Source of the DNA: Candidatus Multivoradales bacterium | GTDB lineage: Bacteria > Acidobacteriota > Thermoanaerobaculia > Multivoradales > JAHEKO01 | Reading direction: 5' to 3' | Assembly: GCA_965248055.1 (NCBI GenBank) | Contig: CBDFIJ010000004.1 | Location: 1,408,001-1,472,000 of the forward strand | DNA: 64,000 nt | In this document: positions 21,030 through 30,223 of the stretch, piece by piece | Numbering within the stretch: position 1 is the first letter of the stretch | Layout: each line of letters opens with the position of its first letter | Translations under genes and position numbers: made by a program | Notes under the pieces: generated by a model | What the model was told of the DNA's origin: nothing | Database searches by the model: none | Seen by the model: the letters and a program-made list of their open reading frames with translations, nothing else

Positions 21030-21620
21030 TTACAGCAAGTAGAGAGTCGGAAACAAGAAAATCCAAACTAGATCAACAAAATGCCAGTAGAGACCAGCAA
21101 CCTCGACCCGGTTGGTAAAGCGCTCCGGCTCGGTCTTCCACATCTTGGCGCCCGGTCCCCAAAGATAACCATTGACGATCAAACCGCCGATGACGTGCAG
21201 CGCGTGCAATCCGGTCATGGTGAAATAGATCGCCAGGAAATTGTTGGTTGAGGGATAGAGATGGTGTCCGAACTTAGTGCTGTACTCGATCGCCTTAATC
21301 ACCATGAAGCCAAAGGCACAGATAATCGTCAGCCCCATCCACAGCCGATAGCGGCTAAAACGGCCTAGTTTTAAGGCTGCCCAAGACATCACCATGGTGA
21401 CACTCGAACCGATCAGGACCAAAGTGTTCAAAGTCGCTAGAGGAACGTTGAGAATCTCTTGTGCATTAGGCCAGCTCTCGGCTCCAGTCCGCAACAAGAT
21501 CAGCGAAGAAAACAGCGCACCAAAGAGCATGACTTCGGAGGCGAGAAACAACCAGATACCAAACTTGGCGTTGTACAGACCGGTGTCCGGCCTCGGCTCA
21601 ACGATATGTGGGATCTGCAT
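21030..21620 (-). CDS. coxC: Cytochrome c oxidase subunit III
   Basis: FLASEVMLF, TGLHALHV, YWHFVDLVWIFLF. Confidence 0.95.
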   Translation of the reverse strand: MQIPHIVEPRPDTGLYNAKFGIWLFLASEVMLFGALFSSLILLRTGAESWPNAQEILNVPLATLNTLVLIGSSVTMVMSWAALKLGRFSRYRLWMGLTIICAFGFMVIKAIEYSTKFGHHLYPSTNNFLAIYFTMTGLHALHVIGGLIVNGYLWGPGAKMWKTEPERFTNRVEVAGLYWHFVDLVWIFLFPTLYLL

Positions 21621-23383
21621 TACGCGCCCTCCTCAGATTGCCCAGGTTCAAATTGGGGCGTGAAGTCGCTCGCGTCCCCAGGGACGCTGTACTCGTAGGG
21701 ACCACGATATGCCACAGGTTGGGTAACGAAGTTGCCATGTCTAACAGGGGGAGACGGTGACAACCACTCAAGCGTTGTCGCTCCCCAGGGATTGGCATCC
21801 ACTTTCTTACCGCCTTTGATACTGATGAAGAAGTTGATCATGAACGGTATTTGGGCGATCAACAAGGCGAAAGCTCCGTAGGACATCAAGCTATTGAGCC
21901 CCAGATACTCCTGCGCGTGGGCGTACTGCTGGCCACCGTCGTAGAGCCGCCTCGATATCCCTGCCAAGCCCTGAATAAACATCGGCATGAAGATGACATT
22001 GATGGCGATGAAGGAAGGCCAGAAATGTAGCTTGCCAAGAAAATCATTGAGCTTGCGCCCAGTGACCTTGGGGTACCAGTAGTAGATGCCAGCAAAAATC
22101 GCGAAAATCGTACCCGGCGCCACCACGTAGTGAAAATGACCGATCACGTAGTAGGTGTCGTGCAGATGGATGTCGGTGGCCCCAAGGCCCAGTGGCAGCC
22201 CGGTTAGTCCGCCGATGGCGAACATCGGCAGAAAGGCTAGAGCAAACAACATCGGCGTGGTAAATCGAATCGACGCTCCCCACAGAGAGATCAGCAGTGC
22301 GGTCAAAATAATCACTGAGGGAATCGAAATGATCATCGTTGTGGTCTGGAAAAACGATGAGATGGTGGTGCCCATGCCCGTGAGAAACATGTGATGGGCC
22401 CAGACGATGAACGACATGAAGCCTAGAAACACACCGGCAAATACCATCGATCGGTAGCCCCAAAGCGGCTTGCGGGTGTTGTTGGCAATCACTTCGGCGA
22501 CGATCCCCATCGCCGGCAAAATCAGCACATAGACCTCAGGATGGGCGAGAAACCAAAACAGATGCTGCCACAAGAGTGGGCTGCCGCCACCGGCGACATC
22601 CAATACCTGACCAGACACCACCAAGCCCGAGGGCAGGAAGAAGCTGGTACCCGCCAGTCGATCCATTAATTGCAAAACCCCGGCAGCTTCCAGCGGCGGA
22701 AAAGCCAAGACCAACAAGAAGGAGGTCACCAACTGGCACCAGATGAAATAGGGCAAGCGCATCATGGTCATACCGGGCGCTCGCAGTTGAAAAATCGTTA
22801 CGATGATGTTCATCGAACCGAGTAGGGACGAGGTAATCAAAGCCACCATGCCAAACAACCACCATGTTTGGCCGGTGGTTGCGATATCTGAAAGCGGTGG
22901 GTAGGAAGTCCAACCTGAATTGGCAGCTCCGCCAGGTACGAAGAAGCTGCAAAACATCACCACTCCGCCGACAAAGTAGGCCCAGTAGCTAACCATATTG
23001 AGCTTGGGGAAAGCCATATCCGGGGCGCCGATCTGGAGCGGCACCACGTAGTTGCCAAACGCGCCCACCAACAAAGGCACTACTGCCAAGAACACCATGA
23101 TGGTGCCGTGCATTGCGCCGAGTTGGTTATAGAACTCCGGTAAGACGATACCGCCCGGTGCGTTCGCTTCACCCAGCAAGGCGCCGACGATCGGCACTGC
23201 TTTACCGGGAAACGCCAGTTGCCAGCGCATCACCAGCATCAAGCTGAAGCCAAACAGCATGAACAGCAAAGCGGTGATCCCGTACTGGATCCCGATGACT
23301 TTATGGTCTTGGGAAAAGATGTACTTGCGCCAGAAAGGCTCTATTACGTGGTCGGACGTTGGGTCCGCGTGATGTTCGCTCAT
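21620..23383 (-). CDS. coxA: Cytochrome c oxidase subunit I (A1-like, atypical K channel)
   Basis: DHKVIG, MHGTIM, AHPEVY, WAHHMF, HDTYYVIGHFHYV. Confidence 0.96.
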   Translation of the reverse strand: MSEHHADPTSDHVIEPFWRKYIFSQDHKVIGIQYGITALLFMLFGFSLMLVMRWQLAFPGKAVPIVGALLGEANAPGGIVLPEFYNQLGAMHGTIMVFLAVVPLLVGAFGNYVVPLQIGAPDMAFPKLNMVSYWAYFVGGVVMFCSFFVPGGAANSGWTSYPPLSDIATTGQTWWLFGMVALITSSLLGSMNIIVTIFQLRAPGMTMMRLPYFIWCQLVTSFLLVLAFPPLEAAGVLQLMDRLAGTSFFLPSGLVVSGQVLDVAGGGSPLLWQHLFWFLAHPEVYVLILPAMGIVAEVIANNTRKPLWGYRSMVFAGVFLGFMSFIVWAHHMFLTGMGTTISSFFQTTTMIISIPSVIILTALLISLWGASIRFTTPMLFALAFLPMFAIGGLTGLPLGLGATDIHLHDTYYVIGHFHYVVAPGTIFAIFAGIYYWYPKVTGRKLNDFLGKLHFWPSFIAINVIFMPMFIQGLAGISRRLYDGGQQYAHAQEYLGLNSLMSYGAFALLIAQIPFMINFFISIKGGKKVDANPWGATTLEWLSPSPPVRHGNFVTQPVAYRGPYEYSVPGDASDFTPQFEPGQSEEGA

Positions 23384-23486
23384 CCACCTCCTCCTGATCG
23401 CGCCGTCTGTTGCGGGCCTCGATCAAGGAGGCTCCGACTCGCAATACTCGGCGAGTTTATGACACTGCCTTGGGTGACGGCAAAAC

Positions 23487-24014
23487 CTATTTCGACTTCC
23501 GCCCGGAAAACACTTGAATCATGACTCCGACAGCAGCTATGCCGAGCAAAACCAGGGGCTGATAGGCAGTGCCGCCACCCAAGGCTTCGAGGATCAATGC
23601 AGCTCCCGCAACCGACGACAGTACCGCCAATCCGAGCTTGAACACACCGCGACCCAGTAACAAACCGACCACCGCACCCACGGCCACCGCAAGCCAACCG
23701 AGGCCGCTGACCTGATACCCGGCATTGGACAGCAACCAAAAAACTGAGAACCCGCCGACCCCAGCGCCGACCAATCCGACTCCGACTTTCTGCACCAACA
23801 AAGCTAACCCAGCCGCGAGGAGACCGACCAAGCCGGCAACTCCCAGACGCAGCTCCAATCCCAAGTCAGGCAGAGAGCTCTGGACCAGAGAGAAGGCGAC
23901 AAAGAAGCCGACCACGGCAGCCAACAGCCAAAGCAACCGCTTTCCGGTCACCAGCAGGACGACCCCAACGATGAAAAACGCAATCAAGAACGGGTCTTGC
24001 AAGAACTCAAACAT
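23487..24014 (-). CDS. Gly-rich integral membrane protein (DUF4203/TMEM198-like)
   Basis: Multiple Gly-rich TM helices; start reset to MFEFLQ after GGAGA. Confidence 0.7.
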   Translation of the reverse strand: MFEFLQDPFLIAFFIVGVVLLVTGKRLLWLLAAVVGFFVAFSLVQSSLPDLGLELRLGVAGLVGLLAAGLALLVQKVGVGLVGAGVGGFSVFWLLSNAGYQVSGLGWLAVAVGAVVGLLLGRGVFKLGLAVLSSVAGAALILEALGGGTAYQPLVLLGIAAVGVMIQVFSGRKSK

Positions 24015-24061
24015 CTTGTCTCCTTCAACTCTCCCAAGTTCCCTGACCCGGCCATTCAAAC

Positions 24062-24724
24062 TTAGCCATCGTTGGCAGACTCGAGGATCGCGATATCCGA
24101 CACCAGTCGGTCAACTCCACCCTCTTCAAACGGGTCGTAGTAGCCGCGGATGGTGAGCGCACGGTCGACCAAGACCAATCGCGTGCTGTGGATAATGGGT
24201 TCATCGGCTGAAGCAGCAACGGCCTGTTCTGACGAATCGAGGCCGAGCTTGAACCCGTTAATCGACAGAGATCGCACTTGCTCAAACTCGCCGGTCAAGA
24301 ACAACCAATCTGTTCCGTCGACCTGATTCGCTCTGGCGTAGTCCGCCAAGACTTCTGGGGTGTCGTATCCAGGGTCGACGCTGATCGACACCTGACGTAC
24401 CTGGCTGGCCGCAGGTAGCTTGGCTTCGACTTGCTTGATCGCTGAAACCATGCGCGGACAACTCAAGGCACAGCGGGTAAAGATAAAGCTGGCAACCCAA
24501 GGACGGCCGCGCAAGGACTGTTCACTAACCTCAGCTCCGGTTTGATCAAGCAGTTGGAACTCGGGAACCACCGACAGGGTCGGCAACGTCTGCTCGACCC
24601 CTGACAAGGCTGCTTCTCGACCGCCAAACCAGCCGCCAAACCAGTCGTTCTGCAGAGCCAAGAAGCCGATCAACACCGCCCCCAACAACAACATCGCCAA
24701 GCGTACGCTGCGCATCATCACCAT
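24062..24724 (-). CDS. SCO family copper chaperone
   Basis: FIFTRCALSCP (CxxxC), SVDPGYDTPE, IIHSTRLVLVD. Confidence 0.93.
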   Translation of the reverse strand: MVMMRSVRLAMLLLGAVLIGFLALQNDWFGGWFGGREAALSGVEQTLPTLSVVPEFQLLDQTGAEVSEQSLRGRPWVASFIFTRCALSCPRMVSAIKQVEAKLPAASQVRQVSISVDPGYDTPEVLADYARANQVDGTDWLFLTGEFEQVRSLSINGFKLGLDSSEQAVAASADEPIIHSTRLVLVDRALTIRGYYDPFEEGGVDRLVSDIAILESANDG

Positions 24725-24735
24725 AAAACAGCCCT

Positions 24736-25593
24736 CTAAATCAGGCGATCAACCACCAGCAACAACAGCACCGCTGGCAGATATCCCACTGAGTAGAGCA
24801 TCAGCTTTCGTGCATTGGGGTTGGAGACCAAAGAGGTGAAAGTCCAGGCGAGCCAGAGAAACCATGCGCCCAGCAGAGCCGCGCCCACGGTGTAGAACAG
24901 GCCACCGAGGTCGAAGAACCAGGGCGCGAGACTCACCAACACCAAGGCAACGGTGAATCCCAAAGTCTGAGCCCCAGTGCGCTTGCCCTCGGGGTCGCCG
25001 ACCGACAGCAACGGCATCCCGGCAGCCTCATACTGATCGCGACAAAGCCAGGCAATGGAATAGGAGTGCGGCATTTGCCAACAGAACAGCAAGCCAAACA
25101 GGATCCAACCTCCCGCCGACAGTTCGCCGGTCGCCGCAACCCAGCCCATCAAGGGTGGAACTGCGCCGGGAATCGTCCCAGCCAAGGTCGCCAACCAGCT
25201 CTTCCGCTTGAGCGGAGTGTAGACAAAAAGATAGGAGGCCCAAGCGATCAGCCCCAAGACCATCACTTTACGATCCAGCAGTGCCAACACAACCACGCCC
25301 ACCACGGTCAGCCAAGAGCCATAGGCCAGCGCCAACTTGGGGGACAAACGCCCAGATGACAAAGGCCGGTTCGCCGTGCGCGGCATCAATTTGTCGAGGT
25401 CGCGCTCTATGTAGTGATTAAACACCGAGGCGCCACCGGAGATGAAAGCCGTCCCCACCACCACCCACAGCAAGCGTTGCCAGGGCAAGAACGAAGCCTC
25501 ACCGAGAACAAACCCGGCGATTGTCGTCATCACCACCAACATGGTGATGTTCGACTTGCCGAGCTCTAGCAGGTCACGAAAAAACGCGATCAC
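24736..25593 (-). CDS. ctaB: Heme o synthase (protoheme IX farnesyltransferase)
   Basis: NHYIERDLDKLMPRTANRPL, YTPLKR, WQMPH. Confidence 0.95.
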   Translation of the reverse strand: MIAFFRDLLELGKSNITMLVVMTTIAGFVLGEASFLPWQRLLWVVVGTAFISGGASVFNHYIERDLDKLMPRTANRPLSSGRLSPKLALAYGSWLTVVGVVVLALLDRKVMVLGLIAWASYLFVYTPLKRKSWLATLAGTIPGAVPPLMGWVAATGELSAGGWILFGLLFCWQMPHSYSIAWLCRDQYEAAGMPLLSVGDPEGKRTGAQTLGFTVALVLVSLAPWFFDLGGLFYTVGAALLGAWFLWLAWTFTSLVSNPNARKLMLYSVGYLPAVLLLLVVDRLI

Positions 25594-25596
25594 AGG

Positions 25597-26565
25597 CTAG
25601 GCCACCTGCGAGGCAGCATTGGCAGGTGCCGAGCGTACCCTTCGGGGAAACAAGACCGCGGTGTTCGCCGCCAGTAGGATGCTCACTGCGAAGATGCTGG
25701 CCCCCACCGTTACATGAATCGTGTTGGGCAACGGAGCTTTGCCCGACAGCACCACCAGCGCTCCCAAGGTTATCTGGGTCGCCAGTAGAACCAACAAGAC
25801 CCAAGTCGGCCACACCACGCCACGCACTGTTTCGCCTCCTCGTCGTGTTTCCAGCCAGGCCATGACAATCCACACACCCACCACCAGAGCACCCACGCGG
25901 TGCAGGTAGTGAATCGCGATCGGGAAACTCCAATCAGAGGGCAGTAGCCCACCGAAGACCAATGGGAAATCTGGGATTGCTAGCCCGGCTCCACTGTGGC
26001 GCATGATCGCACCGACCAAAACCTGCGCATAAACCGCGAACGGAAGCCACCGTGTGATGCGGCGTGGTCGGTCGCCGTTGTAGGTCGGCCACAGTTCTTG
26101 GGATAGGCGAATCCAACTCTTCGAGGTCACCACAGCAATCAGCGTCACCAAGCATAAGAACAACTGCGCTGTGCCAGCGTGCGCCACCGAAATCGCGGTT
26201 GGCAGGTAGAACAAAACCGTAGTACCACCGAGAAACGCTTGCACCACAACCGTAGCCAGCGCCGCCCATGCCAACCGTTTTACCCAGTCACGACTCTCCG
26301 CGCGATGTATCCAAACTGCTAAGAAAATGGTCATCAAACCAATCGTGCCAGCGATTAACCTATGCCCGTGCTCTGCACGAACGGTCGAAATGCGCCACCA
26401 ATTGGGCGGATTGATTCCACCATAAGAAGTGGGCCAATCGGGTACCGACAACCCGGCTCCAGTGGAGGTCACCAAAGCCCCCGCAGAGATCAACCCGACC
26501 ACCATACAAACCAAGACCACTGCATACTTATGAAGGGAACTGTTGTACTGCGAATTGCCGTGCAT
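25597..26565 (-). CDS. ctaA: Heme A synthase (COX15/CtaA)
   Basis: GAGLSVPDWP, EHGHRLIA, repeated half (GAGLAIPDFP...HYLHR); start reset to MHGNSQ. Confidence 0.9.
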   Translation of the reverse strand: MHGNSQYNSSLHKYAVVLVCMVVGLISAGALVTSTGAGLSVPDWPTSYGGINPPNWWRISTVRAEHGHRLIAGTIGLMTIFLAVWIHRAESRDWVKRLAWAALATVVVQAFLGGTTVLFYLPTAISVAHAGTAQLFLCLVTLIAVVTSKSWIRLSQELWPTYNGDRPRRITRWLPFAVYAQVLVGAIMRHSGAGLAIPDFPLVFGGLLPSDWSFPIAIHYLHRVGALVVGVWIVMAWLETRRGGETVRGVVWPTWVLLVLLATQITLGALVVLSGKAPLPNTIHVTVGASIFAVSILLAANTAVLFPRRVRSAPANAASQVA

Positions 26566-26709
26566 GGCGGTTAGTCTACCGCTAAGTTGAGGCATCTAAA
26601 CCAACGATCTCGATCGATTTTGAAGCACTAGTAGAACACTCCTGGAAAGAGCTCCAGGCGTGAGACAATCACGCCGAACAAAGGCGCTAATCGTTAAGGA
26701 AAGGAACTC

Positions 26710-28359
26710 ATGTCGGCAGTACCCACACCTCGACCCATCACCGAAATCGCAGCTAAACTTGGCATCCAAGATTACCATCTCGTCCCCTACGGCAAGGACA
26801 AAGCCAAAGTCGAACTCGCAGCCGTCGATTCTGGCCGCAAACCAGGGCGGTTGGTACTGGTTTCAGCGATCACCCCAACCAGTGCCGGCGAAGGGAAAAC
26901 CACCACTTCGATCGGGCTCGCCCAAGGACTGGCCAAAATTGGCAAGAACGTATGTCTAGCACTGAGAGAGCCGTCTCTTGGCCCAACCTTCGGCAAGAAG
27001 GGCGGAGCCACCGGGGGCGGCAAGACCATCGTCATTCCAACCCAAGACATCAACCTGCATTTCACCGGCGATTTTCACGCCATCACCAGTGCCAACAATT
27101 TGTTGGCGGCGATGATCGACAACCACATCTATCAAGGCAACGAACTAAAAATTGATTCACGCCGAGTGACTTGGCGCCGGGTCATGGACCTCAACGACCG
27201 AGCCTTGCGCAACACCGTCGTCGGTCTGGGCGGACGCCTGCAGGGGGTTCCCCGAGAGGGTGGCTTTGACATCACCGCCGCCTCGGAAGTGATGGCGGTG
27301 TTGTGCCTGTCCGAGGACGAGAGTGACCTGCGTCGTCGACTCAGCCGCATGCTGGTCGGCTATACCTTTCGCGACGAACCGGTGACCGCCGGTGATATTG
27401 GCGCCGTGGGGGCGATGATGGTGCTGCTCAAAGACGCGATCAAGCCCAACTTGGTGCAAAGTGTTGAGGGCGTGCCGACCTTTATCCACGGTGGCCCCTT
27501 CGCCAACATCGCCCACGGTTGCAACTCGGTGATTGCCACCAAGATGGCGATGGCCCACGCCGACTGGGTGGTCACCGAAGCTGGATTTGGTTTCGATCTG
27601 GGTGCCGAGAAGTTCTTCGACATCAAATGTCGGAGCGCCGGGCTGGACACCGTTGCGGTGGTTCTGGTGGCCACCGTCCGCGCCCTCAAACGGCATGGTG
27701 GGGTCAAGAAAGCCAATTTAGGCACTCCAGATCCAGAAGCCGTCGAACGAGGTCTGCCCAACCTGCACAAACATATCGAAAACATTCGCGCCTTTGGTGA
27801 AACCCCGGTGGTGACGCTCAATCGCTTTGCCACCGACACCGATGAGGAGGTCGAGATGGTGCGACGCGCGTGCGCCGAACACAATGCTCCGTTCGCAGTG
27901 TGCGACGGATTCGCCCTCGGTGGGGATGGGGCGGTCGAGCTGGCCAAAACACTGGTCGAACACACCGAGCACATCTCCACTCCCTACACTCCGCTCTACC
28001 AACTCGAAGACAGCATCGAAACCAAGATGCGCAAGATCGCCAGCACCATGTACGGCGCCAAGACCATTACCTACACTAAATCCGCCAAGCAGGAGATCAA
28101 GCGCCTCAAAGCCCTCGGCTACGACAAACTGCCGCTATGTGTTGCAAAAACTCCAACCTCACTCACCGACGATCCGATGCGGGCGGGCCGACCCCGAGAT
28201 TTTGAAATCACGGTTCGTGGCTTCGTAGTCTCGGCTGGCGCTGGATTCGTGGTACCGCTGCTCGGCGACATCATGCGCATGCCGGGTCTGCCAAAAGAAC
28301 CCCAGGCGATGCATATGGACTTAGTGGACGGGGAGATTCAGGGGCTGATGGGGGCCTAG
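26710..28359 (+). CDS. fhs: Formate--tetrahydrofolate ligase
   Basis: TPTSAGEGKTTT, KGGATGGG, INLHFTGDFHAI, HGGPFANIAHG, TEAGFG, MPGLP. Confidence 0.98.
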   Translation: MSAVPTPRPITEIAAKLGIQDYHLVPYGKDKAKVELAAVDSGRKPGRLVLVSAITPTSAGEGKTTTSIGLAQGLAKIGKNVCLALREPSLGPTFGKKGGATGGGKTIVIPTQDINLHFTGDFHAITSANNLLAAMIDNHIYQGNELKIDSRRVTWRRVMDLNDRALRNTVVGLGGRLQGVPREGGFDITAASEVMAVLCLSEDESDLRRRLSRMLVGYTFRDEPVTAGDIGAVGAMMVLLKDAIKPNLVQSVEGVPTFIHGGPFANIAHGCNSVIATKMAMAHADWVVTEAGFGFDLGAEKFFDIKCRSAGLDTVAVVLVATVRALKRHGGVKKANLGTPDPEAVERGLPNLHKHIENIRAFGETPVVTLNRFATDTDEEVEMVRRACAEHNAPFAVCDGFALGGDGAVELAKTLVEHTEHISTPYTPLYQLEDSIETKMRKIASTMYGAKTITYTKSAKQEIKRLKALGYDKLPLCVAKTPTSLTDDPMRAGRPRDFEITVRGFVVSAGAGFVVPLLGDIMRMPGLPKEPQAMHMDLVDGEIQGLMGA

Positions 28360-28362
28360 GCC

Positions 28363-28395
28363 AAGTCTAGGTCTAAGTCTAAGTCTAAGTCTAAG
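28363..28395. repeat. Hexanucleotide tandem repeat (AAGTCT) x about 5.5
   Basis: aagtct aggtct aagtct aagtct aagtct aag between the convergent stops of fhs and the next ORF. Confidence 0.85.
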
Positions 28396-28837
28396 ATATC
28401 CAACGCATACTGGAATCGGTGACCGTCCAACGGCCATCGTCCAGCGGACCTACATACGACTCATACCTCACTACAAACGCCGTATCTGAGAACCGCCAAA
28501 GGGGCCGTATCCGAAGGATCGCAGCATGCTCCGCATTCTCTTTGTTGCGTTCTCGCCACCATCGGTCCGTCCAATTGGGCCAAACCTCGTCGGTCTCGGA
28601 AAAGAGGTGGACTCGGGAGTCGTCGCTAAACCGCTCCATCAACAGTCCAGGTGGATCCCTATTCCAGCCAACCTCAAAAAAGATCGCGTGCGTCGTACTC
28701 AAGCATCCAACCGACGAGACGCCACTGGGCCACTGGGCTGGCAATTTGACAAATTCCACTGATCGATCACACGCTTGGCCTGCGCCCGCCGTTATCGTTA
28801 ACCACATCGCAAACGAGGCAAGTTTTGTGAGAGCCAT
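28391..28837 (-). CDS. Exported hypothetical protein
   Basis: 148 aa with signal-like N-terminus; no family recognised. Confidence 0.5.
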   Translation of the reverse strand: MALTKLASFAMWLTITAGAGQACDRSVEFVKLPAQWPSGVSSVGCLSTTHAIFFEVGWNRDPPGLLMERFSDDSRVHLFSETDEVWPNWTDRWWRERNKENAEHAAILRIRPLWRFSDTAFVVRYESYVGPLDDGRWTVTDSSMRWIS

Positions 28838-28934
28838 GCTGAAATCCTATGCAGTAGCCCATTGGCCCTGGCTTCGCCAAGGTATTCGGCGCGATCGACC
28901 AAGAAACTAAAACCCAACTTAGACAGGAGCACTG

Positions 28935-29417
28935 ATGAAAAACACCGTCATTTCCGTATTCCACGCCGCCAACAGCGTTTTGCACGCCAACGTCGATGGC
29001 CTGACCCACTCAGAGAGCTTGGTGACGCCAGAGCCGGCAGGCAATAGCTTGAACTGGGTGGTTGGTCACTTGGTCGCCACTTACAACCGATTCCTGCCGG
29101 CGATCGGTGGCGCAGCGGTTTGGAGTGACGAACAGTCGGCGGCCTATCGCCGCGGTAGCTCCCTGCTCGACCCCGCCGACGCACTGCCCTTCGAGGAAAT
29201 TATGGAAGCTTTTCGCGCCGCCCACGCAGCTGTGGTCGAACGGGTTGCTGAGCTGGAACCGCAGCAACTGGCGGCGCCTGCCCCCTACTCACCGGGCAAC
29301 AACCCCGACGAAACCATCGCTTCGCTGGCCACAGTTCTGGCGTTTCATCAGTCGTATCACGTCGGGCAGACCGGCATGCTCCGCCGGATCGCGGGCCACG
29401 ACGGAGCGATCAAGTAG
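28935..29417 (+). CDS. DinB/YfiT family protein
   Basis: GNSLNWVVGHL...FHQSYHVGQ three-His metal motif; AGGAG RBS. Confidence 0.9.
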   Translation: MKNTVISVFHAANSVLHANVDGLTHSESLVTPEPAGNSLNWVVGHLVATYNRFLPAIGGAAVWSDEQSAAYRRGSSLLDPADALPFEEIMEAFRAAHAAVVERVAELEPQQLAAPAPYSPGNNPDETIASLATVLAFHQSYHVGQTGMLRRIAGHDGAIK

Positions 29418-29438
29418 CAAGACGAGCCGTTTAGCTTT

Positions 29439-29753
29439 TCAAGCCTTTTTCGTCGGCCGAATCAACGCGTATTTCTGCAGGTCAAGCTCTTGGGTCAGAA
29501 GATCCGGAAGCCGGACCAAGGCGTGTTGCAGGTGGGGTGTCTCCAGGTGGGCATCGAGAGCAGCGACGGAGTCCCATTCTTCGATAAATCGAAACTCATC
29601 CGGGTTGTCGTTGTTGCGCCATAGGTCGTATTGGCGACACCCTGCTTCGGCGTGGGTCGGCTCGATCAATCCAACTAGCAACGCTTCCAACTCTCCCGCT
29701 TTTCCTGGGCGGGCGATCATTGTGGCAATTAGGCGTACGGTCTCTGAAGACAT
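29439..29753 (-). CDS. Putative quinol monooxygenase (ABM family)
   Basis: ARPGK...EAGCRQYDL...FIEEWDS..ALDAHLETPH; start reset to MSSETV. Confidence 0.9.
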   Translation of the reverse strand: MSSETVRLIATMIARPGKAGELEALLVGLIEPTHAEAGCRQYDLWRNNDNPDEFRFIEEWDSVAALDAHLETPHLQHALVRLPDLLTQELDLQKYALIRPTKKA

Positions 29754-29836
29754 ATGTGTTTTCTCCCTGGTCAATGCAACAGAGCAGATACTACGACAAC
29801 AACCTCGACCCTTGAGACCACCGATCCAGTCGGCTC

Positions 29837-29877
29837 TTGACGCGACCCCTGCTAAATGCCTATCGTTGAAATACGAT
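29837..29877 (+). promoter_or_regulatory. Sigma70 promoter with ATCG-N8-CGAT operator of the ArsR gene
   Basis: TTGACG (29837-42), 18 nt, TATCGT (29861-66), 9 nt, ATG; palindrome ATCGTTGAAATACGAT at 29862-29877. Confidence 0.75.
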
Positions 29878-30223
29878 GACCACGAAGCCCACCGCTAACG
29901 CACCCACCATCGGAGCCGTCCCGCCCCAGTGCTGTTCTCTATCGATCAAGGGAGCCGAGCAGAAGCGGCTAGTTTCGATGTTCAAAGCACTGGGAAACCC
30001 CATCCGCTTTGAAATCCTCAAGTTCTTGTTAACCCACCCCGGCTGCATCACTGGTGACATCGTCAACCATTTGCCGATCGCCCAGGCGACTGTGTCGCAG
30101 CATCTAAAAGTGCTGCGTCAAGCCGGTTGGATTCAAGGCGTGACGCAGGGGCCAGCCACTTCATATTGCCTGGATCCTGAGGTCGTCACTTGGTTTCGCA
30201 CCAAGGTCAGCGAAATCTTCTAG
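29876..30223 (+). CDS. ArsR/SmtB family transcriptional repressor
   Basis: FKALGNPIRFEIL, QATVSQHLKVLRQAG HTH; Cys at QCC, PGCITGD and SYC. Confidence 0.93.
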   Translation: MTTKPTANAPTIGAVPPQCCSLSIKGAEQKRLVSMFKALGNPIRFEILKFLLTHPGCITGDIVNHLPIAQATVSQHLKVLRQAGWIQGVTQGPATSYCLDPEVVTWFRTKVSEIF

